Part shown: positions 12,837-27,991 of the stretch, one piece after another
Layout of the letters: the number at the start of each line of letters is the position of its first letter
Position numbering within the stretch: position 1 is the stretch's first letter
From: Eledone cirrhosa
Lineage: Eukaryota
Reading direction: 5' to 3'
Assembly: GCA_964016885.1 (NCBI GenBank)
Contig: OZ024766.1
Span: 3,100,001-3,164,000, forward strand
Length of the DNA stretch: 64,000 nt
The notes under the pieces: generated by a model
Database searches by the model: none
What the model was told of the DNA's origin: nothing
What the model saw: the letters and a program-made list of their open reading frames with translations, nothing else
Translations under genes and position numbers: made by a program

Positions 12837-13484
12837 GTAAAGAACTAACATCCAATACATTTTAAACATATGTATCATCTATTGACAATATGACATTTTA
12901 ATAAAATGAGAGTTCTCTGATCATTATTTTACAAATATATTTACCCGTCAAGTGCGAAAGGTTGGCGACCATTGCTCTATGTAGAGTGGTTGGTTTTAGG
13001 AAGGGGCATCCAGTCATAGAATCTATGTCAAAAAAAGATTGAGAGGACCCTGCAGCTATGTGAAGGGCGTGACAACCTCTCCAGTGTTGGTGATACAAAA
13101 TTGCATCCTCACCCAACAGACAAATATGACAGCATAGACCTTTGAGTGATGACAAATATTCACTTCAAAACCCCCAATGTCCATTCAGTCTACAGCATTA
13201 TGGGATAGAGGATCCCTTACTCATACACAACAGGAAATGTGGGTGTTGCCCTCTAAATATTTCTTGTGGCCAGCTACAGTATTAGGTCATGGGATAGAGG
13301 GTCCCTCAATTATACACTACAACAGGAAACGTGGTTGTTGCCAAAAAATAAATTTAAGAAGACAACTATCAGATATGAGAATAACTTTAATCCCATTTAA
13401 AAATAAGATTAAAAAAATAGAAAATAATATTTAGAAGCTGTAGAAATACTAAGGGTTTCCTTGTGATATTAGTTGACAATAAGT

Positions 13485-13974
<490 letters not shown>

Positions 13975-15774
13975 TCAGTGATGAGGCTTTTCTCCTGTAT
14001 GAAGACATATATGTCTAGTTAACTGATCAGCTTGAGAGAATGACTTACCACAGATATCACAGTGATGAGCTTTCTCTCCTGTATGAATGAATTTATGTCT
14101 AGTTAAGTGAGCATTTTGAGAGAATGACTCACCACAGATATCACAGTGGTAAGGTTTTTCTCCTGTATGAATACGTATGTGTCCAGTTAAATTGCTCGCC
14201 GCAGCGAATGACTTACCACAGATATCACAGTGATGAGCTTTCTCTCCTGTATGAATGAATTTATGTCTAGTTAAGTGAGCATTTTGAGAGAACGATTCAC
14301 CACAGATATCACAGTGATGAGGCTTCTCTCCTGTATGAATATATTTATGTTTAGATAAACTACTTGACTGAGAGAATGACTTACCACAGATTTCACAGTG
14401 ATAAGGTTTATTTCCTGTATGAAGATATTTGTGTAGAGTTAAGTGACTTGACTGAGAGAATGACTTACCACAGATATCACAGTGATGAGGTTTCTCTCCT
14501 GTATGACTGTATTTATGTACAGTTAACTGACCTGACTGAGAGAATGACTTTCCACAGATATCACAGTGATGAGGTTTCTCTCCTGTATGACTATATTTAT
14601 GTACAGTTAACTGACTTGACCAGGAGAATGACTTACCACAGATTTCACAGTGATAAGGTTTATTTCCTGTATGAATATATTTGTGTAGAGTTAAATTACT
14701 CGACTGAGAGAATGACTTACCACAGATATCACGTTGATGAGCTTTCTCTCCGGTATGAATGAATTTATGTCTAGTTAAGTAATAATTTTGAGAGAATGAT
14801 TTACCACAGATATCACAGTGATGAGGCTTCTCTCCTGTATGTAGACGTATGTGTTGAGTTAAATGATGATTACGAGAGAATGATTTACCACAGATATCAC
14901 AGTGATGAGGCTTCTCTCCTGTATGACTATATTTATGTACAGTTAATCGACTCGGCACAGAGAATGATTTACCACAGATTTCGCAGTGATAAGGTTTTTC
15001 TCCTGTATGAATACGTATGTGTTCAGTTAAATTGCTCCGCGCAGCGAATGGTTTACCACAGATATCACAGTGATGAGGCTTCTCTCCTGTATGACTAGAT
15101 TTATGTAGAGTTAAACTACTCGAATGAGAGAATGACTTACCACAGATTTCACAGTGATAAGGTTTTTCTCCTGTATGAACACGTATGTGTTCAGTTAAAT
15201 TGCTCGCCGCAGCGAATGACTTACCACAGATATCACAGTGATAAGGTTTTTCTCCTGTATGAATGTATTTATGTCGAGTTAAACTAATGGACTGAGAGAA
15301 TGACTTACCACAGGTTTCACAGTGATAAGGTTTTTCTCCTGTATGAATACGTATGTGTCCAGTTAAATTGCTCCGCGCAGCGAATGATTTACCACAGATA
15401 TCACAGTGATGAGGTTTCTCTCGTGTATGAATACGTTTATGTGTAGTTAAATGCGCTGACAAAGAGAATGACTTTCCACAGATATCACAGTGATGAGGTT
15501 TCTCTCCTGTATGAATACTTATGTGTTCAGTTAAGTCACCCTTACACGAGAATGATTTACCACAGATATCACAGTGATGGGGTTTCTCTCCTGTATGGAC
15601 AGATTTGTGTCTACTTAAACTATTTGACATAGAAAATGATTTACCACAGATGTCACACTGATGAGGCTTCTCTCCTGTATGAATACGTATGTGTTTAGTT
15701 AAGTAACCCGACACAGAGAATGATTTACCACAGATATCACAGTCGTATGATGATTTTTTGTTCCTCTTTGACAT
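13975..15774 (-). CDS. Poly-C2H2 zinc-finger protein, 21 fingers (ZNF-3), near-identical to ZNF-1
   Basis: 599-aa ORF; three visible aa differences from ZNF-1 (HTREKP, CDIC vs CYIC, QNYY vs QNDY). Confidence 0.93.
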   Translation of the reverse strand: MSKRNKKSSYDCDICGKSFSVSGYLTKHIRIHTGEKPHQCDICGKSFSMSNSLSRHKSVHTGEKPHHCDICGKSFSCKGDLTEHISIHTGEKPHHCDICGKSFSLSAHLTTHKRIHTREKPHHCDICGKSFAARSNLTGHIRIHTGEKPYHCETCGKSFSQSISLTRHKYIHTGEKPYHCDICGKSFAAASNLTEHIRVHTGEKPYHCEICGKSFSHSSSLTLHKSSHTGEKPHHCDICGKPFAARSNLTEHIRIHTGEKPYHCEICGKSFSVPSRLTVHKYSHTGEKPHHCDICGKSFSRNHHLTQHIRLHTGEKPHHCDICGKSFSQNYYLTRHKFIHTGEKAHQRDICGKSFSQSSNLTLHKYIHTGNKPYHCEICGKSFSWSSQLTVHKYSHTGEKPHHCDICGKSFSQSGQLTVHKYSHTGEKPHHCDICGKSFSQSSHLTLHKYLHTGNKPYHCEICGKSFSQSSSLSKHKYIHTGEKPHHCDICGESFSQNAHLTRHKFIHTGEKAHHCDICGKSFAAASNLTGHIRIHTGEKPYHCDICGESFSQNAHLTRHKFIHTGEKAHHCDICGKSFSQADQLTRHICLHTGEKPHH

Positions 15775-16310
15775 CTCTTCAGGAAAAAATATTTTTGCAC
15801 AGCAGAAAATAAAGATTTTTTTCTTGGTCTTCTTTTTATAGTTTATTCCTAATAAATATTTTCAAAGTTAAATTTCCATCAACTTTGATTTTTGTTGACA
15901 CCTGAAAATGATGCAAATTCTTTTATAGATTTACCCAAGTTTAATAAGAATACTATATCTTCTTGTACACTTTCCAGATAGTGAGGAGATAAATTATTTA
16001 ATGAACCTCAGTTCAGAAGAAATACTTCACTGTAAGTCATCAAATGCTGATATAAAAAGACTTATATGAATACTGTGTAAAATGTTGTGTTAGTTTTTGA
16101 AAGATATTGATGTTGTAACCGAAGTTAAAATTTCTCTTCTGTCAATGTCATGTGATATTCTGAAATAGCAGAGAAAACAAAATAAGTTATGGAGAATGTT
16201 GAAATGTGATTCAATAATGGAAATTTTACATTTCTATATTGATAAACTGTATATATAAACTTTCAGCTGAATAATTAAACTTTTCAATGTGTGTGTATAT
16301 ATATATTATA

Positions 16311-16372
16311 AGACCCGTCCCACCCTTGCAAGCAGGGAAAAGCGGACGTAAAATGATGATGATGATGATGAT
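16311..16372 (+). mobile_element. RTE 3'-tail insertion, unit 3
   Basis: Same as 2377..2438. Confidence 0.7.
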
Positions 16373-17371
16373 ACAGTATATGCCAGCGTACAAGTCAATA
16401 TTTATAGGCTAAAAATCTCACCTGCTCAGTTTCCTAGAAAATTAGTCATTTCCGACTGATTTTGAGGTTAGGTTTGTTGGAAACACGAAAAAAAACTGGG
16501 AAAATTAACAATTTCCCACCGGACGACCGACAGGTGCTTTTACTGTAAATTTACCTTAAATTAAAACAGATTTAGGCTAACATGTAGACAGATTTAATTA
16601 ACTTTAAACAACAAAGTACAGCTGAATATAAACTACATATTATAATACAAGGTAGTGAACATGATTAAATAGACGGAGGTAATTTAAATAATAAAGACAC
16701 TCATAATAACAATCTATTTTATATCACATGTAACAGTAGAATCTAGCTATTGTAAAATAAGACAACATTTCAGTCTAGAAGTATTTTCCTGTATATAAAA
16801 GTGACGAGGAAGAAATATGTCCAAAGTTGTTAAATATTTTCACTTGTATATAATTACTGTATCGTTGAAAGGTTCACATAATTCTATTATTTACACACAT
16901 TATTATAGACTTCAAGTAAATCTTTCTCAACTTACCCTCTTCACATGTAATCAATGTGTTGACTTCTTATATTTTATTAAACAACCAAAGAAATAATCTT
17001 CTTGTTGTTGTTGAATAAGAATTTTCAAAGATTTTATCAGCTTTTCTTTGTCCGCCATTAACGTTGGTGTATCTTCTTATTCTTTAGCCACAGATTCGTA
17101 TCTTGTCACGATTAAGCAGTTAAGCTAGCTTTCTTTGTTTAAGGTATATGTTCCTCGTTGTCTTTCCCATTTGTATGTGTGTATATATATATATGTGTGA
17201 TAATTCAAAATATAAATAAATATACACATGAACGTAATAAAAATATATTTTATTATATATATTTCGGAGGTACTGTGCTGTTTTTTTCATTACGTCCTCA
17301 TCTGATAAAATATATAAATTGATGTGTGACATATCTTAACTGTGCTGATGGTTCAATTCCAGCATTGGCAG

Positions 17372-17404
<33 letters not shown>

Positions 17405-17733
17405 ATGTATATATATATGTGTATATATATATATATATATACACGTGTGTGTATGTGTGAGTATATATATATATATATTTCGTTTTTTAATGCTTTGCAA
17501 GATTATTTTTACCTGAAAACTTATGTTGAAACAGATATTGTTATACTTTGGGAGGGTCATTCTGCCAATTAAAACACACACTCCCGTTGTTTTTCAATTC
17601 AATTTATTATAAATTTCAGGTTGGTCGGTTTAATAACCGGATGGTTGTTTATATATTGCCAAAGCCCTTTCGTCACACACTGTGACCTCCTCATTGACTG
17701 ATTTCTTATTTTGTGTCTCTCCTGTCCTACACC

Positions 17734-18494
17734 AACTTGTTTTATTGAACGCTGTAACACTAGAGGACTGTGTCATTCCCATTGGGAGATTTCATTGAGT
17801 CAGGTCTGCCTTTATCGTTTCATCCCACGTCTTCTCTAGGTGCCTCCTGTAGCCTTTAAAGTCCTGCACCACTTTAAACAGCTGTCATCCTTCATGTGCA
17901 TCCTATGACCATACCACCAGTCTTCTACCCTGCACACAGCATTTGATCCCTCTTATGTCCTGTTTTGCCCCTAATACATATACACTTTGCCGTTCATGTA
18001 CAACTTTGTTACACATCCATCTGATCATATAGACTTTGTTTCTTTCCAATCTCCATAGGACCTCCACACGGAGAGCCCATATTTTGCTACCATGTAGCAT
18101 TGCTGAGTGCACACAGGCATTGTAAAGTTTGCTTTTTATCTAGAGTGAGAGACCTTTTGTAGTTAACAGTTGCAGCAGCTCCCTCAACTTTTTCTAACCC
18201 GCTCTTATCCTTGCAACTCTGCTTTATGCACAGCCTCCTCCTCAGCTGATTTTGTTCCCAAGATAGATGCTATCAGCAATTTTTTGGGGTCTTCTGTACA
18301 TTTAAGGGCGCCTGCTATGTGAAGGTCTTTGCCTACTTCCCTTGTGCAGCGTTCACATATCAAGTTGGTTTTTCTTGTGATCCTGCCAGTTTTCTCACTA
18401 CATCACTTGTGTACCCACTATCTGCATTTGGTACACTAGATACAATTCCTACCTACTCCTTTCCTGCACACTAAGCAGAGCCATTTCCCAGAGT
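17734..18494 (-). mobile_element. Old degenerate RTE LINE fragment, unit 3
   Basis: Paralog of 3800..4560. Confidence 0.85.
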
Positions 18495-19195
18495 ATAATA
18501 TTTGGTTAAAATATATTTTATAACACCCCAAATAATGTTTCTCGTCAGTAAAGAACTAACATCCAATACATTTTAAACATATGTATCATCTATTGACAAT
18601 ATGACATTTTAATAAAATGAGAGTTCTCTGATCATTATTTTACAAATATATTTACCCGTCAAGTGCGAAAGGTTGGCGACCATTGCTCTATGTAGACTGG
18701 TTGGTTTTAGGAAGGGGCATCCAGTCATAGAAGCTATGTCAAAAAAAGATTGAGAGGACCCTGCAGCTATGTGAAGGGCATGACAACCTCTCCAGTGTTG
18801 GTGATACAAAATTACATCCTCACCCAACAGACAAATATGACAGCATAGACCTTTGAGTGATGACAAATATTCACTTCAAAACCCCCAATGTCCATTCAGT
18901 CTACAACATTATGGGATAGAGGGTCCCTTACTCATACACAACAGGAAATGTGGGTGTTGCCCTCTAAATATTTCTTGTGGCCAGCTACAGTATTAGGTCA
19001 TGGGATAGAGGGTCCCTCAATTATACACTACAACAGGAAACGTGGTTGTTGCCAAAAAATAAATTTAAGAAGACAACTATCAGATATGAGAATAACTTTA
19101 ATCCCATTTAAAAATAAAATTAAAAAAATAGAAAACAATATTTAGAAGCTGTAGAAATACTAAGGGTTTCCTTGTGATATTAGTTGACAATAAGT

Positions 19196-19678
<483 letters not shown>

Positions 19679-21730
19679 TTAGTGATGAGGCTTTTCTCCT
19701 GTATGAAGACGTATATGTCTAGTTAACTGATCAGCTCGAGAGAATGATTTACCACAGATATCACAGGAATGAGGCTTCTCTCCTGTATGAATACGTTTAT
19801 GTGTAGTTAAATGCGATGACGAAGAGAATGACTTTCCACATATATCACAGTGATGAGGCTTCTCTCCTGTATGACTAGATTTATGTAGAGTTAACCGACT
19901 TGACTGAGAGAATGACTTACCACATATATCACAGTGATGAGGCTTCTCTCCTGTATGACTATATTTATGTACAGTTAACCGACTTGACTGAGAGAATGAC
20001 TTACCACATATATCACAGTGATAAGGTTTTTCTCCTGTATGAATACGTATGTGTTCAGTTAAATTGCTCGCCGCAGCGAATGACTTACCACAGATTTCAC
20101 AGTGATGAGGCTTCTCTCCTGTATGAAGATATTTGTGTCGAGTTAAACTATTCGACTGAGAGAATGACTTACCACAGATATCACAGTGATGAGGCTTCTC
20201 TCCTGTATGAATGTATTTATGTACAGTTAAACTACTCGACTGAGAGAATGACTTACCACAGATATCACATTGATGAGCTTTCTCTCCCGTATGAATGAAT
20301 TTATGTCTAGTTAAGTGAGCATTTTGAGAGAATGATTCACCACAGATATCACAGTGATGAGGCTTCTCTCCTGTATGAATATATTTATGTTTAGATAAAC
20401 TACTTGACTGAGAGAATAACTTACCACAGATATCACAGTGATGAGGCTTCTCTCTGCTATGAATACGTTTATGTGTAGTTAAATGCGCTGACAAAGAGAA
20501 TGACTTTCCACAGATATCACAGTGATGAGGTTTCTCTCCTGTATGACTATATTTATGTACAGTTAACTGACTTGACCAGGAGAATGACTTACCACAGATT
20601 TCACAGTGATAAGGTTTATTTCCTGTATGAAGATATTTGTGTAGAGTTAAATTACTCGACTGAGAGAATGACTTACCACAGATATCACAGTGATGAGGCT
20701 TCTCTCCTGTATGAATGTATTTATGTAGAGTTAAACTACTCGACTGAGAGAAGGACTTACCACAGACATCACATTCATGAGGTTTCTCTCCTGTATGAAT
20801 GAATTTATGTTTAGTTAAGTGATCATTTCGAGAGAATGATTTACCACAGATATCACAGTGATGAGGCTTCTCACCTGTATGTATATATTTATGTTTAGAT
20901 AAACTACTTGACTGAGAGAATAACTTACCACAGATATCACAGTGATGAGGCTTCTCTCCTGTATGTAGACGTATGTGTTTAGTTAAATGATGATTACGAG
21001 AGAATGATTTACCACAGATATCACAGTGATGAGGCTTCTCTCCTGTATGACTATATTTATGTACAGTTAAGTGACTTGACTGAGAGAATGACTTTCCACA
21101 GATATCACAGTGATGAGGCTTCTCTCCAGTATGACTATATTTATGTACAGTTAACTGACCTGACTGAGAGAATGACTTTCCACAGATATCACAGTGATGA
21201 GGATTCTCTCCTGTATGAATATATTTATGTACAGTTAACTGACTTGACCGGGAGAATGACTTCCCACAGATTTCACAGTGATAAGGTTTCTTTCCTGTAT
21301 GAATACGTTTATGTGTAGTTAAATGCGCTGACAAAGAGAATGACTTTCCACAGATATCACAGTGATGAGGTTTCTCTCCGGTATGAATACCTTTATGTGT
21401 AGTTAAATGCGCTGACAAAGAGAATGACTTTCCACAGATATCACAGTGATGAGGTTTCTCTCCTGTATGAATACTTATGTGTTCAGTTAAGTCACCCTTA
21501 CACGAGAATGATTTACCACAGATATCACAGTGACGGGGTTTCTCTCCTGTATGGACAGATTTGTGTCTACTTAAACTACTTGACATAGAAAATGATTTAC
21601 CACAGATGTCACACTGATGAGGCTTCTCTCCTGTATGAATACCTATGTGTTTAGTTAAGTAACCCAACACAGAGAATGATTTACCACAGATATCACAGTC
21701 GTATGATGATTTTTTGTTCCTCTTTGACAT
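19679..21730 (-). CDS. Poly-C2H2 zinc-finger protein, 24 fingers (ZNF-4), sister of ZNF-2
   Basis: 683-aa finger ORF, TAA stop. Confidence 0.93.
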   Translation of the reverse strand: MSKRNKKSSYDCDICGKSFSVLGYLTKHIGIHTGEKPHQCDICGKSFSMSSSLSRHKSVHTGEKPRHCDICGKSFSCKGDLTEHISIHTGEKPHHCDICGKSFSLSAHLTTHKGIHTGEKPHHCDICGKSFSLSAHLTTHKRIHTGKKPYHCEICGKSFSRSSQLTVHKYIHTGENPHHCDICGKSFSQSGQLTVHKYSHTGEKPHHCDICGKSFSQSSHLTVHKYSHTGEKPHHCDICGKSFSRNHHLTKHIRLHTGEKPHHCDICGKLFSQSSSLSKHKYIHTGEKPHHCDICGKSFSRNDHLTKHKFIHTGEKPHECDVCGKSFSQSSSLTLHKYIHTGEKPHHCDICGKSFSQSSNLTLHKYLHTGNKPYHCEICGKSFSWSSQLTVHKYSHTGEKPHHCDICGKSFSLSAHLTTHKRIHSREKPHHCDICGKLFSQSSSLSKHKYIHTGEKPHHCDICGESFSQNAHLTRHKFIHTGEKAHQCDICGKSFSQSSSLTVHKYIHTGEKPHHCDICGKSFSQSNSLTRHKYLHTGEKPHHCEICGKSFAAASNLTEHIRIHTGEKPYHCDICGKSFSQSSRLTVHKYSHTGEKPHHCDICGKSFSQSSRLTLHKSSHTGEKPHHCDICGKSFSSSSHLTTHKRIHTGEKPHSCDICGKSFSRADQLTRHIRLHTGEKPHH

Positions 21731-23093
21731 CTCTTCAGGTAAAAATATTTTTGCACAGCAGAAAATAAAGATGTTTTTTCTTGGTCTTCTTTTTATAGTT
21801 TATTCCTAATAAATATTTTCAAAGTTAAATTTCCATCAACTTTGATTTTTGTTGACACCTGAAAATGATGCAAATTCCTTTATAGATTTACCCAAGTTTA
21901 ATAAGAATACTATATCTTCTTGTACACTTTCCAGATAGTGAGGAGATAAATTATTTAATGAACCTCAGTTCAGAAGAAATATTTCACTGTAAGTCATCAA
22001 ATGCTGATATAAAAAGACTTATATGAATACTGTGTAAAATGTTGTGTTAGTTTTTGAAAGATATTGTTGTTGTATCTGAAGTTAAAATTTCTCTTCTGTC
22101 AATGTCATGTGATATTCTGAAATAGCAGAGAAAACAAAATAAGATATGGAGAATGTTGAAATGTGATTCAATAATGGAAATTTTACATTTCTATATTGAT
22201 AAACTGTATATATAAACTTTCAGCTGAATAATTAAACTTTTCAATGTGTAAAAGTGTATTATACATCATGTGTGTGCATATATATTATATATAGAGTATA
22301 TGCCAGCGTACAAGTCAATATTTATAGGCTAAAAATCTCACCTGCTCAGTTTCCTAGAAAATGAGTCATTTCCGACTGATTTTGAGGTTAGGTTTGTTGG
22401 AAACACGAAAACAAACTAGGAAAATTAACAATTTCCCACCTGACGACTGACAGGTGGTTTTGCTGTAAATTTACCTTAAATTAAAACAGATTTAGGCTAA
22501 CATGTAGACAGATTTAATTAACTTTAAACAACAAAGTACAGCTGAATATAAACTATATATTATAATACAAGGTAGTGAACAACATGATTAAATAGACGGA
22601 GGTAATTTAAATAATAAAGACACTCATAATAACAATATTTTATATCACATGTAACAGTAGAATCTAGCTATTGTAAAATAAGACAACATTTCAGTCTAGA
22701 AGTATTTTCCTGTATATAAAAGTGACGAGGAAGAAATATGTCCAAAGTTGTTAAATATTTTCACTTGTATATAATTACTGTATCGTTGAAAGGTTCAAAT
22801 AATTCTATTATTTACACACATTATTATAGACTTCAAGTAAATCTTTCTCAACTTACCCTCTTCACATGTAATCAATGTGTTGTCTTCTTATATTTTATTA
22901 AACAACCAAAGAAATAATCTTCTTGTTGTTGTTGAATAAGAATTTTCAAAGATTTTATCAGATTTTCTTTGTCCGCCATTAACGTTGGTGTATTTTCTTG
23001 TTCTTTAGCCACAGATTCGTATCTTGTCACGATGAAGCTGTTAAGCTAGCTTTCTTTGTTTAAGGTATATGTTCGTCGTTGTCTTTCCCATTT

Positions 23094-23144
<51 letters not shown>

Positions 23145-23315
23145 ATAATTCAAAATATAAATAAATATACACATGAACGTAATAAAAATATATTTTATTA
23201 TATATATTTCGGAGGTACTGTGCTGTTTTTTTCAGTACGCCCTCATCTGATAAAATATATAAATTGATGTGTGACATATCTTAACTGTGCTGATGGTTCA
23301 ATTCCAGCATTGGCA

Positions 23316-23375
<60 letters not shown>

Positions 23376-23402
23376 CTGTATGTATATATATATATGTGTA
23401 TA

Positions 23403-24006
23403 TCTATCTATCTATCTATATATACAAAGCTGTGGTTGTCTGTCTGTCTATCGATTTTTGGCACACATCTCCTCGTAGAATCTCTGACCGAATTGCACCG
23501 AAATTGCTATACTTGTACATTGAGCCCTAGCGAAGACATCGGAAAAAAAATATTTCAAATTGACCCACCTTATGTGACGAAATCGAATCTTATGTATCGA
23601 TTTTTCAGCGTAAGTGACGAGTTATTTCCCTTTGTTCTGTTTACATTGAGCGTCTTACGTTCTGTTACGATACACGAACAGTTGTCGAGCCAGCAAAATT
23701 TTGACCTGCAAAATTCATCAGTTCGAACACTGAGCTTCCGTTTTGCTTCATTTCCATTTAAAAGCTTTTTAAAACAATATTTTTATTTGAAAACAAGTCT
23801 ATTTAAAGACTACGTAAAACAAGCAAATATTTCGTAAAAAAAAGCAAATATTATATAAGTTTATTTAAAATATATGTATCTGTAAATTTCGTTAGGCGTG
23901 CAGACAGACAGTCGTGCTGACAGACTTTAAGCCAAAAAAGAAACTTAACATTGTAACTTTAACACAGCTACTGAGCGACCCCGAGCAACGCCGGGCTTTA
24001 CCGCTA

Positions 24007-24007
<1 letters not shown>
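23403..24007 (+). mobile_element. 605-bp non-autonomous Helitron, unit 4
   Basis: Copy of 9386..9990 at the same site. Confidence 0.82.
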
Positions 24008-24060
<53 letters not shown>

Positions 24061-24339
24061 GTGTGAGTATATATATATATATTTCGTTTTTTAATGCTTT
24101 GCAAGATTATTTTTACCTGAAAACTTATGTTGAAACAGATATTGTTATACTTTGGGAGGGTCATTCTGCCAATTAAAACACACACTCCCGTTGTTTTTCA
24201 ATTCAATTTATTATAAATTTCAGGTTGGTCGGTTTAATAACCGGATGGTTGTTTATATATTGCCAAAGCCCTTTCGTCACACACTGTGACCTCCTCATTG
24301 ACTGATTTCTTATTTTGTGTCTCTCCTGTCCTACACCAA

Positions 24340-25100
24340 CTTGTTTTATTGAACGCTGTAACACTAGAGGACTGTGTCATTCCCATTGGGAGATTTCATT
24401 GAGTCAGGTCTGCCTTTATCGTTTCATCCCACGTCTTCTCTAGGTGCCTCCTGTAGCCTTTAAAGTCCTGCACCACTTTAAACAGCTGTCATCCTTCAGG
24501 TGCATCCTATGACCATACCACCACGGTCTTCTACCCTGCACACAGCATTTGATCCCTCTTATGCCCTGTTTTGCCCCTAATACATATACACTTTGCTGTT
24601 CATGTACAACTTTGTTACACATCCATCTGATCATATAGACTTTGTTTCTTTCCAATCTCCATAGGACCTCCACACGGAGAGCCCATATTTTGCTACCATG
24701 TAGCATTGCTGAGTGCACACAGGCATTGTAAAGTTTGCTTTTTATCTAGAGTGAGAGACCTTTTGTAGTTAACAGTTGCATCAGCTCCCTCAACTTTTTC
24801 CAACCCGCTCTTATCCTTGCAACTCTGCTTTATACACAGCCTCCTCCTCAGCTGATTTTGTTCCCAAGATAGAAGCTATCAGCAATTTTTTGGGGTCTTC
24901 TGTGCATTTAAGGGCGCCTGCTATGTGAAGGTCTTTGCCTACTTCCCTTGTGCAGCGTTCACATATCAAGTTGGTTTCTCTTGTGATCCTGCCAGTTTTC
25001 TCACTACATCACTTGTGTACCCACTATCTGCATTTGGTACACTAGATACAATTCCTGCCTACTCCTTTCCTGCACACTAAGCAGGGCCATTTCCCAGAGT
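24340..25100 (-). mobile_element. Old degenerate RTE LINE fragment, unit 4
   Basis: Paralog of 3800..4560. Confidence 0.85.
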
Positions 25101-25147
25101 ATAATATTTGGTTAAAATATATTTTATAACACCCCAAAAAATGTTTC

Positions 25148-26851
25148 ATCATCATCATCATCATCATCAGGTTTAGCGTCCGTGTTCCACGCTTGCATGG
25201 GTTTGGACGGGGGTTTTCCCACTTGAGGCAAGAGTGGTTGTCTTGCTCGTATAGGACTGTCTGGCAGGTTTTCTACAGCTGGATGCCCTTCCTAACACCA
25301 ACCACATTTACAGTGTGGGGCTGGGAGGTTTTTACCGTGTTGCCTACACGGCCACATTACAGCGTGGACTGTCTGGCGGGTTTTCTACAGCTGGATGCCC
25401 TTCCTAACACCAACCACATTTACAGTGTGGGGCTGGGAGGTTTTTACCATGTTGCCTACACGGCCACATTTACAGCGTGGACTGTGTGTTTTTTTGTCGT
25501 GACACCTACACGATCTCATTTGTTTCGGCCTGGATGTTGTGGGACCAACATAACTGTACATTGAAAGGGGTGGAGGTGGTGGTGGGGGGGGGGGGGGGGT
25601 TTGATAGAGATGCCTACTGACTGTAGTAGGTTTTTACTTTGTATTTAGGTAAGGCGGGTCTTCTCTATTACTGAGTACCGCCAAAGGTCTCGGTCCAGTG
25701 ACATTATCTTGGAGAGGTGTAAGCGTGTGAGGTCGGAATTTATCAGCTCGCCCCATGTTTTTCTGAGTCTGCCTACTCCGTGGCTACCGTCTATCTTTAT
25801 TGCCCTGCACTTTGTTATACAGCTGTCGTCTTTCATGCGTATCACGTGACCGTACCAACGTAACCTTCTCTCGAGTAAACAACATCTGATCCCTCTTATT
25901 TCTAATTTTTTCCTTAGTTCGTTTATGCTTTGCCGTTCACGTATATTACTATTGCACATCCAGCGGAGCATGCAAGCTTCGTTCCTCTCTAGTCTGCGTA
26001 TATCCTCTGCACACAATGCCCAGGTCTCACTGCCATGCAACATTGCTGTTCGTATGCAGGCATCATACAACCTGCCTTTCATTTTTAGGGACAACCCTTT
26101 AGCGGCTAATAGTATTATAAGCTCTCTGAACTTTTTCCATCCAGTTCTGACTCTAGCTACTGTACTTTCAGAGCACCCTCCCCCACTGCTGATTTTGTCA
26201 CCCAGGTAACGGAAGCTGTCCACTATTTCTATAGAACCCTCTGCGCAGTTGAAGGAGCTAGTATTTTGTGGGCACTTGCTGCTACTTATTGCACCAGAGC
26301 ACCGGCCACATGTAAAATCTATGTTCTTAGTTAGCTTACCTGTGATCCCACTACATCTTTTATGCACCCATACTTTGCATTTGGGACATAAAATGGAGTT
26401 TCGACCTACGCCTTTCCTACACACTGAGCATGGCCATTTCCCAGATGGGACTGCCGCCATATTTTCTTTCCTACAAACTAGAACTTTTGTCTTAGCCAGG
26501 TTAATTTTAAGGCCTTTTGATTCTAGGCCGTGCTTCCATGTTTGGAATTTCTTCTCTAGTTCGGTCATTGATTCAGCTATGAGCGTTAGATCATCTGCGT
26601 ATAGGAGTTCCCATGGGCAGCCGGTCTTGAACTCCTCTGTTATAGCCTGAAGGGCAATAATAAATAGTAGGGGGCTAAGAACAGAGCCCTGATGGACACC
26701 AACTTTTACGCTAAACTCTTCACTATATTCGTTGTTAATTCTAACCTTACTGACTGTTTCTTTATACATGGCTTGTATAGCTCTCACAAGCCATTCGTCA
26801 ACACCTAGTTTTCTAAGAGACCACCAGATAATGGAACGGGGGACTCTGTCA
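25148..26851 (-). mobile_element. Young 5'-truncated RTE-clade LINE, unit 4 (continuous 380-aa ORF 25645..26787)
   Basis: RT C-half, Cys/His-rich insert and C-terminus in one frame; truncated at DRVPR; (GAT)n tail. Confidence 0.93.
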
Positions 26852-27499
26852 GTAAAGAACTAACATCCAATACATTTTAAACATATGTATCATCTATTGA
26901 CAATATGACATTTTAATAAAATGAGAGTTCTCTGATCATTATTTTACAAATATATTTACCCGTGAAGTGCGAAAGGTTGGCGACCATTGCTCTATGTAGA
27001 GTGGTTGGTTTTAGGAAGGGGCATCCAGTCATAGAATCTATGTCAAAAAAAGATTGAGAGGACCCTGCAGCTATGTGAAGGGCGTGACAACCTCTCCAGT
27101 GTTGGTGATACAAAATTGCATCTTCACCCAACAGACAAATATGACAGCATAGACCTTTGAGTGATGACAAATATTCACTTCAAAACCCCCAATGTCCAAT
27201 CAGTCTACAGCATTATGGGATAGAGGGTCCCTTACTCATACACAACAGGAAATGTGGGTGTTGCCCTCTAAATATTTCTTATGGCCAGCTACAGTATTAG
27301 GTCATGGGATAGAGGGTCCCTCAATTATACACTACAACAGGAAACGTGGTTGTTGCCAAAAAATAAATTTAAGAAGACAACTATCAGATATGAGAACAAC
27401 TTTAATCCCATTTAAAAATAAGATTAAAAAAATAGAAAATAATATTTAGAAGCTGTAGAAATACTAAGGGTTTCCTTGTGATATTAGTTGACAATAAGT

Positions 27500-27991
<492 letters not shown>

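Noticed and set aside
25645-26787. RT next to variable repeats as a diversity-generating retroelement or domesticated RT
   Set aside because: It is a 5'-truncated RTE LINE lacking the endonuclease and RT N-terminus, present in only three units and disabled in two.
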